A DNA stretch of 64,000 nt from an uncultured Verrucomicrobiae bacterium (GCA_963802515.1 CAWDIX010000003.1:91076-155075); one strand, 5' to 3'; positions 29,242-39,652 are shown, counted from the stretch's first letter. Notes: generated by a model from the letters alone, not told the origin. Program-made: numbers and translations.

Positions 29242-30042
29242 ATGAGAAATATAATTTACGCAGTGACGTGCGGCACGACGCTCGTGCTGGCTGCTCCCGC
29301 TTCCGCCCAAATCCTCACACCCGGGGTTGCCACCATCGTGCGCCTCCAGGGCGAAGCCCGATACTCGCTGGGCGACGGGAACTGGCATCCGCTGGTGGTC
29401 GGCAAAATACTCAACCCCGGGGCCATCATCCAGACGGCGCATAACGGCACGGTAGACATGGTGTTGGGCAAGACGATCGAGATGCCGCAGGCCGCGCCGG
29501 TACCCGACCGGATTGGGCCGGCTCCGGATGCCAACATTCGTGGTTTGATTGATTACAAGCCGGCCGTGGAACAGAACATGGTCCGCATGACACCCGATAC
29601 CATGATGGCCATAGACAAATTAACCGTGTCGGACACAGGTTTGGACACGGTGAGCGACACGGAGCTGGATTTGAGGCAGGGCCGCATCTTTTGCAGCGTC
29701 AAAAAGCTTTCCGCCGCATCCGAATACTTCGTTAAAATTCCCAATGGCGTCGCTGGCGTGCGCGGCACGCTGTTTGAAATTGACGCGAGCGGTTGGTGTG
29801 CCGTTCTCAAACATTCCGTGCTGCTTGCCGTCGGCGAGCCGGATGGTTCGACGATGACTTATCCGATCGGCGAAGGCAATCAATTCGACCCGCAAACCGG
29901 CCAGGTGTCGCCCTTGCCGCCTGGCTTGCTCAACACGTTGCAGCAAATCGCCACGGCGTTGGATACCGCGTATGTGGAAATTGTTTCGTTCGAGTACGAC
30001 CAGACTTTCTCCTTCATTTCACCCGTTACAGGTCATTATTGA
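29242..30042 (+). CDS. secreted FecR-domain-like protein
   Basis: Signal peptide ..LAAPASAQ. RLQGEARYSLGDGNWHPLVVGKILNPGAIIQTAHNGTVDMVL resembles the FecR sensing-domain pattern. Confidence 0.55.
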   Translation: MRNIIYAVTCGTTLVLAAPASAQILTPGVATIVRLQGEARYSLGDGNWHPLVVGKILNPGAIIQTAHNGTVDMVLGKTIEMPQAAPVPDRIGPAPDANIRGLIDYKPAVEQNMVRMTPDTMMAIDKLTVSDTGLDTVSDTELDLRQGRIFCSVKKLSAASEYFVKIPNGVAGVRGTLFEIDASGWCAVLKHSVLLAVGEPDGSTMTYPIGEGNQFDPQTGQVSPLPPGLLNTLQQIATALDTAYVEIVSFEYDQTFSFISPVTGHY

Positions 30043-30803
30043 CAAAGCCGCACGGTTCCGGCCGGAAATTATCAATTTGCTCAACAGCTTCGGGAAGCGG
30101 CAGAGAACCATGAAAATATTCAAAACTGATCTTTTCCCGGGCAAAACAATATATGTTGCACAATGTTTGTTATATTTACTATGTTTCAGAGTGTCGGCGC
30201 GCAACTCGTAGTGATGGATTGACCCGCCGCCGCGGGGCTATCCCGGCACCTTAAACTCGGAGCTACTTCCGGCGGCGAAAGCCGAGAGTGGTTGCGAGGA
30301 CGGCGCTCAGCGCCGGCAGGAGGAACAAACTGTTAACGTGCGTTTTCATACGATTGATTTTTTGGATTTTTCCTGGTTTGTCGAAGGCCAGCTATCTTCA
30401 TCTCGCGCCGAACCTTTGCGGCGGCGCAGGCAGCGCTATGGTGATTGCGCTGGATTCGGGTGAGACTCTGATTGTCAGCCTTCCCCCACATACGTTGCGG
30501 GTTGGTCACCTATTTCAGAAATACATCGGAGAATTCAAGTTTATTCTGTTTCAATTGCCCGGATTCGGCCCGCGAATTGCTTTGTTCGTGCCTCGGTCTT
30601 GCTCCAGCGAAAAGGATCGTTGGGGTGAAATCGGGGCGCGTCGCGTACCCACTACACGGCGCGCCCCTAAGGTTTATCCGTCCACCCGCCTTCAAACACT
30701 TCACGTTCCTCCGCTCTGCGCCTGCGAGATTTCAAATGGTTGCGGAATCCAAGCAAATCGTCCTGCCAAGGCACGAGATACTGAGGCAACAACTGTGACT
30801 CAA

Positions 30804-31094
30804 ATGGCAAAAAAAGCCGAGCCGGTCGCCCCGTTTCCTCTTATCGTTGAACGGTTAATGAATATTGTCATTTCCCGGATATTTAAACCGCATGACCGCA
30901 CGCGTTATTCGCTGGAGCGGGTTAATAGAGCGGAAATGTCATGGTCGGCGCGGGAACTTTTCTTTCTGGTTAAAACATTTTTTCCTGCGGAAACCCGGTT
31001 CACCGTCAGCAACGCGGCGGCAACGCTGTGTGCGCACGGCGAGCTCTCAATCAGTGGAACACGTTACACCATGAAGTCGCTGAAGCCGTCATAG
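30804..31094 (+). CDS. hypothetical protein (96 aa) in AT-richer island
   Basis: ATG-initiated distal part of ORF 30288..31094. Only this part has protein-like composition. No motif recognised. Confidence 0.3.
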   Translation: MAKKAEPVAPFPLIVERLMNIVISRIFKPHDRTRYSLERVNRAEMSWSARELFFLVKTFFPAETRFTVSNAAATLCAHGELSISGTRYTMKSLKPS

Positions 31095-31170
31095 CCAGTA
31101 CGGTTCTTCCGCGAAATCCCCTGCCCTGTCAAATAGCGGCCCGCGCGCTTTCTGCAAAAGTGCGAAGAAA

Positions 31171-31647
31171 TTACATGATCTCCGGCAAGTTGGTGGAATC
31201 CGTGGACGGCGGCGGAGCATTGGTTGGTTGCGGAGCCGCCGGACCGTTGGTTAAAACCGTTGAACCCAGCACGGTCAACTGTTCGGTGTTGTCCAGAACA
31301 ATCTCCGGCTTGTCATGGAAGTTCTTGATCTTGCCTTTTATCTCCACCGCTTTGCCGTCCAGCGCTTGCACGTCGGCAATATATTTGCCCGGAAATATAA
31401 CCACGGTAAACGGCGAATTGGGAAATGGCCGGTCCAGATTCAGAAATATCACCTTGGGACGCATGGTGACCTGCGCCACCCTGCCCGTCACTATCATTTC
31501 CTGATCGTAATGTTTGTCCGCCTCGCCCGTGCCGATTTTCAACAACGCCGAAGAGTTGGTTTTCGACGGCACGGGAGCGTTGGTGTCATCCGCCGACAAT
31601 CTGATGGCAAAGGCCAGAACCGCCAGAATCGAAAGCCAAGTTCTCAT
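31171..31647 (-). CDS. secreted OB-fold (tRNA_anti-like) domain protein
   Basis: Signal peptide MRTWLSILAVLAFAIRLSA from the ATG at 31647. MIVTGRVAQV...VIFLNLD...FTVVIF...VEIKGKI...PEIVL is an OB-like beta pattern. Confidence 0.6.
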   Translation of the reverse strand: MRTWLSILAVLAFAIRLSADDTNAPVPSKTNSSALLKIGTGEADKHYDQEMIVTGRVAQVTMRPKVIFLNLDRPFPNSPFTVVIFPGKYIADVQALDGKAVEIKGKIKNFHDKPEIVLDNTEQLTVLGSTVLTNGPAAPQPTNAPPPSTDSTNLPEIM

Positions 31648-31991
31648 GCAAACAGTGGACGCATTTTGCCCTGTTTCAGCAACAAAAATCATTCCGCCTC
31701 CCCCCGGCAGCAACACGGGAAAGATGTGCCGCCAAAAGGCCCGGAACGTGGAACGATGAGTGCGCAGGGCTCGCGCCCGGCCAAAACCACGCGGGTTGGC
31801 TCAGGATCCGCTTCGCGCGGGCGAGTCCGTCCGCACCCCGTTTGATTTTGGCAACGCACCCAAAGAGAATTACCTCCCCTGCCCTGCAATCATCGTTTGT
31901 TCGCGTTGAAAATCCAGCGGCATCAACTGCGTCTGTTGGATTAATGAGCCGGGCGCTGCCGGCGCGCTTTAATCGCTGGTCCGCTTGCTCG

Positions 31992-32195
31992 TCAATACGG
32001 CCGGTTTAACCACCACAAAAAACCGAGAAACAAGGCAAACAGAATGATGGCAAAGAGCACGGTGAAAAACCGCATCTGCTTCTGACGGGCTGACAACCTG
32101 CGTTTGCGTTTATGCCGCCGGCTTCGAGGGGCAGGCAGAGTAAGGGGACTGGGAGATTTGCGTTCCCGTTCAACAGGTTCCATCGTTTGCGGCAC
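31992..32195 (-). CDS. small basic tail-anchored membrane protein (hypothetical)
   Basis: 67 aa. Arg/Lys-rich N-terminal half, then a single TM FFTVLFAIILFALFLGFLWW. Confidence 0.35.
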   Translation of the reverse strand: MPQTMEPVERERKSPSPLTLPAPRSRRHKRKRRLSARQKQMRFFTVLFAIILFALFLGFLWWLNRPY

Positions 32196-32397
32196 GCAAT
32201 TATCCTGAGAAAAACAGGAAAAAATGATTCTCCGATTTTGCCGAACCCTGGTCCTGAATTGTCAATTTGAGCTGTAGTTTGGGCGCTCTGCGGCGATTGA
32301 TTCGAGCCTCAGACTCGACGCTACAGCAAAGGAGAACGCTGCGAGGAAAAGTGATTTCTTGAATCAAAACCTCCCGGCTGGCTAGAATCAATCGCAC

Positions 32398-33390
32398 ATG
32401 AAAATTCTGTTCATCGGCGGCACCGGTAAAATCAGCTCGGCCGTCTGCCAGCAAGTGATGGCGAAAGGATACGATCTGTATTTGCTGAATCGCGGGCTGC
32501 AATCGAAAAATCCACCCGGCAGCCACAGCCTGACGGCGGACGTCAACCAGCCAAAGGCGGCCCGCGCCGCGTTGCGCGACCTGCAGTTTGACGTGGTCGT
32601 GGATTGGATCGCCTTCAAGCCGGAGGACATCGAGCGCGATCTCGCGTTGTTCAAGGGCCGGACCGGGCAGTTCATTTTCATCAGCTCGGCTTCCGTTTAT
32701 CAAAAACCGCCCACCCATTATCGGATTACGGAATCAATGCCGTTGCACAATCCGTTCTCGGATTATTCCAGCAACAAAATCGCCTGCGAAGAACGTTTGC
32801 TGCGCGCGTACCGCGAAGAAAGTTTTCCGGCGACCATTGTCCGACCGTCCTACACCTACAACCATTATTTCCCCGTCGCCGTCGGCGGATTCGGCTGCTA
32901 CACGCTCGCTGACCGTTTAAAAAGAGGCAAACGCATCATTGTGCACGGCGACGGCTCGTCGTTGTGGGTGATGACGCACGCCGAGGATTTCGGGCGTGGA
33001 TTCGTAGGCTTGCTCGGAAACCGGCAGGCCATCGGTCACGCGTTTCACATCACCTCGGACGAAGTCCTGACGTGGGACCAGATTTATCAAACCATCGCCG
33101 AAGCGCTGGGCGTGGAGGCAAACATTGTGCATATCTCATCGGATTTCATTGCGCAAAAGGCGCCGCATCTCGCCGGCAGCCTGCTCGGTGACAAATCCTG
33201 GAGCGTCGTCTTCGACAACCGCAAAATCAAAACGTTCGTGCCCGGATTCCAGGCCGTCATCCCCTTTCGCGACGGCATCCGGCGCACGGCGGCGTGGTTT
33301 GACGCCGACAAAAAACGCCGGCGCGTGGACGCGGCGGTAAACCGCGAGATGGATCAAATCCTCAAAGCCTATCTGGGAAAGGCCGGTTGA
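32398..33390 (+). CDS. NAD-dependent epimerase/dehydratase family protein
   Basis: ILFIGGTGKISSAV Rossmann motif and YSSNK YxxxK. Confidence 0.88.
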   Translation: MKILFIGGTGKISSAVCQQVMAKGYDLYLLNRGLQSKNPPGSHSLTADVNQPKAARAALRDLQFDVVVDWIAFKPEDIERDLALFKGRTGQFIFISSASVYQKPPTHYRITESMPLHNPFSDYSSNKIACEERLLRAYREESFPATIVRPSYTYNHYFPVAVGGFGCYTLADRLKRGKRIIVHGDGSSLWVMTHAEDFGRGFVGLLGNRQAIGHAFHITSDEVLTWDQIYQTIAEALGVEANIVHISSDFIAQKAPHLAGSLLGDKSWSVVFDNRKIKTFVPGFQAVIPFRDGIRRTAAWFDADKKRRRVDAAVNREMDQILKAYLGKAG

Positions 33391-33406
33391 TTGCGGCTGG
33401 CTCTGC

Positions 33407-34336
33407 TCACTGGTCCTGCGCGGCCAGAAGCCTTTCCGCGTCAATCGCCGCCGCGCAGCCTGCGCCCGCCGCGGTGATGGCCTGACGATAGATGTGGTCC
33501 GCGCAGTCGCCTGCCACAAACACACCCGGCACATTTGTCATCGTGCCCTTCCGGGGAATCACGTAGCCATTGGCGTCCATATCAATCTGGCCTTTGAAAA
33601 TCTCCGTGCTGGGCGAGTGTCCGATGGCGACGAAAACGCCGGCGCAGTTCAAAACCGTTTGCGCGCCGGTCTTGAGGTTCTTCAGTTTCACGCTGGTGAC
33701 CTTGTCCTGTTTCGGATCGAGAACCTCCGTCACGACAGAATCCCAGATGGGTTTGATTTTGGGATTCGACAGCGTGCGTTCGGCCATGATTTTGGACGCG
33801 CGCAAACTGTCGCGCCGGTGAATCAAATGAATGACCGAGCCGAAGCGCGTCAGGTAAAGCGCCTCTTCGCAGGCAGAATCGCCGCCGCCGACCACCACGA
33901 GCGTTTGATTGCGGAAAACCGGCAGCGCGCCGTCGCACGTGGCGCAATACGTCACGCCCTTGGTCTCCAGCAAATCCTCGCCGGTCACGCCGAGATGCCG
34001 GTGGCTCGCGCCGGTGGCAATGATGACCGTCTGCGCCTCGACCCGTTCGCCGTCAACGATGAGTGCGAAGGGCCGTTTGGAAAAATCCGCCTTTTCCACG
34101 ACGCCAAAACTGGCGCGCGCGCCGAAACGTTCGGCCTGTTTCTGCATCCGTGTCATCAATTCGTATCCATCCACGCCTTCGGGGAAGCCGGGATAATTTT
34201 CGACGATGCTGGTGGTGGTAAGGAGGCCGCCGGGCTGTTTGCCGGTGAGCACGAGCGGCGTGAGATTGGCGCGCGCCGTGTAAAGCGCCGCCGTCCAGCC
34301 CGCGCAACCCGAACCAATGATAACAACATTTTCCAT
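33407..34336 (-). CDS. trxB: thioredoxin-disulfide reductase
   Basis: ATG at 34336 (MENVVIIGSGCAGWTAALY). Redox-active CATCDG and GGGDSACEEA NADPH motif. Confidence 0.95.
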   Translation of the reverse strand: MENVVIIGSGCAGWTAALYTARANLTPLVLTGKQPGGLLTTTSIVENYPGFPEGVDGYELMTRMQKQAERFGARASFGVVEKADFSKRPFALIVDGERVEAQTVIIATGASHRHLGVTGEDLLETKGVTYCATCDGALPVFRNQTLVVVGGGDSACEEALYLTRFGSVIHLIHRRDSLRASKIMAERTLSNPKIKPIWDSVVTEVLDPKQDKVTSVKLKNLKTGAQTVLNCAGVFVAIGHSPSTEIFKGQIDMDANGYVIPRKGTMTNVPGVFVAGDCADHIYRQAITAAGAGCAAAIDAERLLAAQDQ

Positions 34337-35830
34337 AAGTTGCGAAAGGTAGTGCGTGAGTTCGAAGGTTGCAAGTTTGAGTCGCATCCCAATTTGCTAT
34401 GGGGCGCAAATTGTCTTGATCCGGTGTGGCAGTTTATCGGATTTGTTCGGATTTGGGACAAATTGCGTATCGGAATTCGACCGGCAAGCTTCATCGCCAT
34501 TCGTGTTTCGGATATTTCCGCTGCAACTCGGATTTGATTTTCGGATAGTGCTCGCTCCAGAAGCTGGCGAGGTCCTGGGTGATTTGAATCGGCTTCATGC
34601 CCGGCGTCAAAATGTGCACCACTACCGGCACGCGGCCCATCGCAATCTTCGGTGTCTGTGTCACGCCGTAAAGTTCCTGAATCCGCAATGCGATGTGCGG
34701 CGGCTGGTTGTTATCATAGACCACCTTGGGCGTGCGGCCATTCGGCAACGTCAATCTTTCCGGCGCGTGTTTGTCGAGCAACTGCCGTTGCGGGTCCGAG
34801 AGCCATGACATCACCACCGGTTTCAATTCGCGTTCCTTGATGTCCTTGTAACTCACCGCGCCATGACAGAGTTGTTCAATAATGTGTTTCCGGTCGTCCT
34901 CGACAAACGGCGGAAGTTGGAGCTCCGGACAATGCCGGCAAAGCAGATTCAGCCGTGCCAGCCATTGCTCGACGGCGTGGTCCCAGTTTGGCAGCGGCAA
35001 ACGGCCGGCAATAATTTCATCGGCCAGCAGCCGGGCTGCGGCGTCGGCGGGCGGCGGCTCAACGCGTTTGGCGGACAACGCCAGATCCCCGAAAGCGCAC
35101 CAACTCGGCTGCTTGTACGCGTTTCGCCGTGGCATCGAACTGGACATGCAGCTCGGATTTCAGGTCGTCCGGAAAAAGTTCACGCAACCACCCGAATTCA
35201 ATTGCAGTGGCCAGTGAAAGAATGGTGTTCACCTCGCGGCCTTCGATTTCGCGGACTTCGGCAACCACAAAAAGCGGGCTGTGTTGCACGGCACTTTCCC
35301 GCGCCAGCACGCCGCGGCGATTGTGGACCAGTTCGCAACGCAGTGTTCCCTGGTCCAGTCGCCGCGCCACGCGGTCGCTGAACCCGATGAGAATGCATTT
35401 CTGCAATGCCTCGTCCTTGATTTCGCGGGGCCGGGCGTCGAGTCCCTCGTCTTTGGCGATGCGGAGGAATTGTTCGAGCAACGGGCCGACCTGCCGCGCG
35501 GTGACGGCGTGGATGCCCAGCTTGCGGCAGGCGTCGAGACGGAACTGATTATTCAACGCATAATTCCACGCGCGCATCAGAATCCAGAAATCCGACGACG
35601 CCTTTTCACCAAACAGATCCTCGCGGAGGGAGTTCGTATCCCGGCCCACATTGCGCAAAAGCAAATCGCGTCCTTGTGTCAGTGCGGCGACGAGGCAGGC
35701 CTGGTGGACGCAGCCATATTCCTGCGCAGCGAGCAACATGCGCGAATAACGCGGATGCACCGGAAACGAGAGCATTTTACGCCCGATGGGAGTGATTTGA
35801 GTCTGGGGAGCGCTCGCCGCTGGCGTACCG

Positions 35831-35919
35831 TTTTCGGCGGCGCGCCGAAAATGTCGTCCAACCGAATTCTCACCGGATTCAATTTTTGTCTCACGAGAAT
35901 CCGGCGGGCCGACGGATTC
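35831..35919. repeat. palindrome cluster inside hrpB coding sequence
   Basis: TTTTCGGCG-gcg-CGCCGAAAA (35831-35851). CCGGATTC (35873-35880), GAATCCGG (35897-35904) and CGGATTC (35913-19) occur in alternating orientation. Confidence 0.75.
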
Positions 35920-36651
35920 GGCAAGCGGGCCGCTTGCGCTCTCCATTCTTAACGCCCCCAAATCCAGCAACAATTCCTCGGCATGCGTCAGCGAGATTTC
36001 GTCCGGCTTTTCCAGCCAGCGGAATTTCCGCAAATCCTCGACCCCGGCGGCTTTGAGGGTCAAAACCACTTCCGCGAGGTCGAGACGTTTGATTTCCGGC
36101 AACTGCTGCGGTGCGCGCTCGTCGTGTTCCGGCCGCGACCAGAGCCGGATGCACCGGCCCGGCGCCGTGCGGCCCGCACGACCGGCGCGTTGGTCGGCGC
36201 TGGCCTGGCTGATCTTCTCGATCAACAGCGTGTTGATGCCGCGGTTGGCGTCGTAACGGGGAATCCGCGCCAGGCCGCTGTCAATCACCAGCCGCACGCC
36301 GTCAATCGTGATGGACGTTTCGGCGACGTTGGTGGCCACGACGACCTTGGGCTGGTCGTGGCGCGCCACGGCGGCATCCTGCTCGCGCGGCTGTAATTCG
36401 CCGTGCAACGGCAGGAGAATGTAACCCTTCGATTCCGGCACATGGCGGATAGCTTCGAGCGTTTGATTGATTTCAAAACCGCCGGGCATGAACACCAGCA
36501 CGTCGCCGCGCTCACCGGAGCGGACATGTTCGGCGAACGCTTCTGCCGCCAGTTCCCACACTGGCGGCGAATGGAGTCCGAGCCTGTATGCCAGATATTC
36601 GATTTCAACCGGAAATACGCGGCCTTCGGAAGTAAGGACGGAGCACGCGAA

Positions 36652-36725
36652 TTCGGAGGGACGAGTTATACGAGTCCCTGAATGTGTGGCGGATGTTTGG
36701 AGCTCGGGCAACTCGCCCCTCCGAA
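36652..36725. repeat. 74-nt segment bounded by 9-bp inverted repeats inside hrpB coding sequence
   Basis: TTCGGAGGG (36652-36660) and CCCTCCGAA (36717-36725). Confidence 0.75.
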
Positions 36726-37405
36726 CATCAGCAAGATATTCCTCCAACGCCCCGGCATCGAGCGTGGCGGACATGACGGCGATGAGCAGGTCGGGCCGGA
36801 GCGTTTCCTGGATGTCCAGCGCGCGGGCGAGCGTGATGTCGCCGTAAAGATGCCGCTCATGAAATTCGTCGAAGATGACCGCCTGAATGCCGCGCAAGGC
36901 CGGGTCTTGAATCAGTTGCCGCAACAGAATGCCTTCCGTCTCGAACTTGATGCGCGTGGCATCGCTGACGCAGTTTTCAAATCGGACCTGATAACCGACC
37001 TCACGACCCAGCCCGACACCCAGCTCCTTCGCCACACGTGAAGCGAGCAAACGCGCCGCCAGACGGCGCGGCTGGAGAATGACGACCTGCCCATGGCCAA
37101 GCAGACTATGCTTGAGCAACATCTGCGGGACCTGGGTGGATTTGCCAGAACCGGTCGGCGCCTGCAAAATGAGCCGCTTCGTCGCCTTGAGCGTGGCGAC
37201 AATGTCGTGCTCGATTTCGTAAATGGGCAATCGCTCCGTCATGAACGCGCGCAGCGTAGCGTTTCGCGCGTGCGGAGAAAAGGATGGTTGTAGGCAATAC
37301 AAATACACCAGACCAGAACGGCGACCTGCATAATCGCATCTTTGTCGTGGTCGAGCGTCAAACGGCGCATTATGCTCGCCCTGATGCGGTTGACGAAATG
37401 ATTTC

Positions 37406-38548
37406 ATGCCCGGCCAACCGCAAAGCATTAACCGCCTCGGTTACATAGACAATCTGCGCTCGACGATGATTGTCTGGGTAGTGGCCTTTCATACCGCGAT
37501 CACCTACAGCCACATCGGCAGCTGGTATTACAGCGATCCGGAGCCGGTGGACAAAGTCTCTTCCATCTTATTCCTCACATTCGAAGTGCATTCCCAGGCC
37601 TTCTTCATGGGGATACTTTTCCTGCTCGCCGGATATTTTGTGCCCGGCGCATTCGATCGAAAAGGTTTTCGACGGTTCATGGCCGACCGGTTCGTCCGGC
37701 TTGGCGTGCCGTCGCTGCTATACATTTTCGTCATTCAGCCATTCCTCATGCACTACCTGTTGCACGCCGGCAAGGGCGGCATCGCAGATTATTATCGTGC
37801 CTATCTCGCGTCCGGCGACTGGCTCACCGGTGGCGGGCCGATGTGGTTTGCCATCGCGCTGTTGTTCTTCTGCCTGGTTTACGGACTGTTCAGGATTGCC
37901 GTGCCCGCAAAGGAAAAAACTTCCGTTCTGCCCGCACCTGGCCTGCCCGGTTTGATGTGCATGGGGCTGGTGATTGCCGTGTTCGCGTTTCTGATCCGCA
38001 CGGAGGAGCCGATGGGAAAGGGTTTCCTCTACTTTCAGCCAGCCTTTTTCGCGCAATACCTCGTATTGTTCGCATTGGGCATTGTTGCGTACCGCAACGA
38101 CTGGTTTGCCCGCCTGCCCAAGCCGCTCGGGTACAAAGTGCTGATCGGCGCGGTGGTCTTAAGCCCGATAGTTTGGTTTGGACTGCTCGTTCTGGGAGGC
38201 GGACTTCAACAAGGTGTCGCCGTTTACGTGGGGGGCTGGCGATGGCAAAGTGCGGGCTACGCATTGTGGGAGTCGCTTTTCAGCATGGCAATCTGCGCCG
38301 GGCTGCTCGTGCTTTATCGCGAACATTTCAACGGTCGGGGCCGGGTCTCGAAGCTGATGTCCGACAACTCGTTCGGGATTTATTTCGTCCATCCGCCGAT
38401 GGTCGTGGCGGTCACGCAAGTATTCGGATGGCTGCCGCTGCCGCCGCTTGCGAAATGGCTCGTAATGGCGCCACTGGCGTTTCTGGCCACGTTGGCCGTC
38501 GTGCATCTGGTCCTGCGTCGCACTCCTCTCCTGCGCAAGATCATTTGA
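37406..38548 (+). CDS. acyltransferase family 3 membrane protein
   Basis: RLGYIDNLRSTMIVWVVAFH start typical of Acyl_transf_3, with ~10 TM segments. Confidence 0.85.
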   Translation: MPGQPQSINRLGYIDNLRSTMIVWVVAFHTAITYSHIGSWYYSDPEPVDKVSSILFLTFEVHSQAFFMGILFLLAGYFVPGAFDRKGFRRFMADRFVRLGVPSLLYIFVIQPFLMHYLLHAGKGGIADYYRAYLASGDWLTGGGPMWFAIALLFFCLVYGLFRIAVPAKEKTSVLPAPGLPGLMCMGLVIAVFAFLIRTEEPMGKGFLYFQPAFFAQYLVLFALGIVAYRNDWFARLPKPLGYKVLIGAVVLSPIVWFGLLVLGGGLQQGVAVYVGGWRWQSAGYALWESLFSMAICAGLLVLYREHFNGRGRVSKLMSDNSFGIYFVHPPMVVAVTQVFGWLPLPPLAKWLVMAPLAFLATLAVVHLVLRRTPLLRKII

Positions 38549-38558
38549 CCCGCGCGGA

Positions 38559-39590
38559 TCACGCCAGAACCCACCCCGGTTGAATTTCCGAATCCACATC
38601 CGTGGCCGGAACTTTGTGGAGCAGTTTTCGTTCGGCCAGAACGCCAATCATCGCCGCGTTGTCGGTACACAGACTTTTTTCAGCGAGCCGTAGCGCAAAA
38701 CGTTCGCGCTTGCACGCGTTTTCCAAATCACGACGCAAAGCGCGGTTACACGTCACACCACCAGACGCCGTCACGCAACGCACTTGGTTTCGTTTAGCGG
38801 CGCGGATGGTTTTGACGACGAGCACTTCCACAATCGCCGCCTGGATGCTGGCGCACAAATCGCGCACGCGTTGCGCGTCATCCAGCAATTTCGGGTGGTC
38901 GCGCAGGAAGTAGCGCACGGAGGTTTTCAGGCCACTGAAACTGAAATCGTTGCTCGCGTCGCGCAGCAACGGGCGCGGAAAATCGAACGCGTTTGGATTC
39001 CCCTGCTCCGCTAGCCGGTCAATCTCCGGCCCGGCGGGATAATCGAGGCCGATCATTTTGCCGGTCTTGTCGAAGCATTCCCCGGCGGCATCGTCCACCG
39101 TCGAGCCGAGGACGCGATGGTTCAGTTCCGAGTCCACCCGCACCAGCAGGGTGTGCCCGCCGCTGACGATGAGGGAAAGATTGGGTTGAAAGGTGGAGAA
39201 GTCGGCGACGAGGACGCCGCCGCCACGCGAAATCCACGGCGAATACAAATGCGCCTCATGATGATTAATTCCGACGAAGGGTTTGCGCAAGGCGAAGGCG
39301 ACAGACTGCGCGGCCTTGAATCCGACCAGCAACGCCGTGGCCAAACCCGGCCCCTGCGTGGCGGCGACGGCGTCGAGTTGTTCCGGTTGCGTTTGCGCCA
39401 CGAGCAACGCTGCGCGCGTGACGGGCAAGAGGTTTTTCAAGTGTTCGCGCGCCGCCAGTTCGGGCACGACACCGCCATATTCGGCGTGCAGCCGGACTTG
39501 CGAGGAGACGACGCTGGACAAGATCCTGCCATCGCGCACAACGGCGGCGCTGGTTTCGTCACAGGAAGTTTCAATGGCCAGAATTGTCAT
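38559..39590 (-). CDS. tsaD: tRNA N6-adenosine threonylcarbamoyltransferase TsaD
   Basis: ILAIETSCDETSAAV, INHHEAHL metal site, VSGGHT, GGVTCN. Confidence 0.95.
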   Translation of the reverse strand: MTILAIETSCDETSAAVVRDGRILSSVVSSQVRLHAEYGGVVPELAAREHLKNLLPVTRAALLVAQTQPEQLDAVAATQGPGLATALLVGFKAAQSVAFALRKPFVGINHHEAHLYSPWISRGGGVLVADFSTFQPNLSLIVSGGHTLLVRVDSELNHRVLGSTVDDAAGECFDKTGKMIGLDYPAGPEIDRLAEQGNPNAFDFPRPLLRDASNDFSFSGLKTSVRYFLRDHPKLLDDAQRVRDLCASIQAAIVEVLVVKTIRAAKRNQVRCVTASGGVTCNRALRRDLENACKRERFALRLAEKSLCTDNAAMIGVLAERKLLHKVPATDVDSEIQPGWVLA

Positions 39591-39652
39591 TCGTCGAATT
39601 GATAAATCGCCGGGCCGGTTCGACCTTTCAACAACCCAACCATCAACGAATT

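Larger units (their letters stand above)
34491..37242 (-). pseudogene. hrpB: ATP-dependent helicase HrpB, interrupted by one frame break near 35091
   Basis: APTGSGKST, DEFHER and SATLD motifs with HA2/OB in ORF 35059..37428. The HrpB C-terminal domain is in ORF 34491..35147. The junction reads ..AELVRF|GDLALSAKRV.. if one nt is removed. Confidence 0.85.

Noticed and set aside
30288-31094. 268-aa plus-strand ORF in the AT-richer island
   Set aside because: The first ~170 residues look non-protein-like and have no motif. Only the distal ATG-initiated 96 aa were kept, as a low-confidence CDS.
32200-32718. 172-aa minus-strand ORF overlapping the epimerase start
   Set aside because: It is antisense to the Rossmann-motif N-terminus of the epimerase gene and has no independent support.
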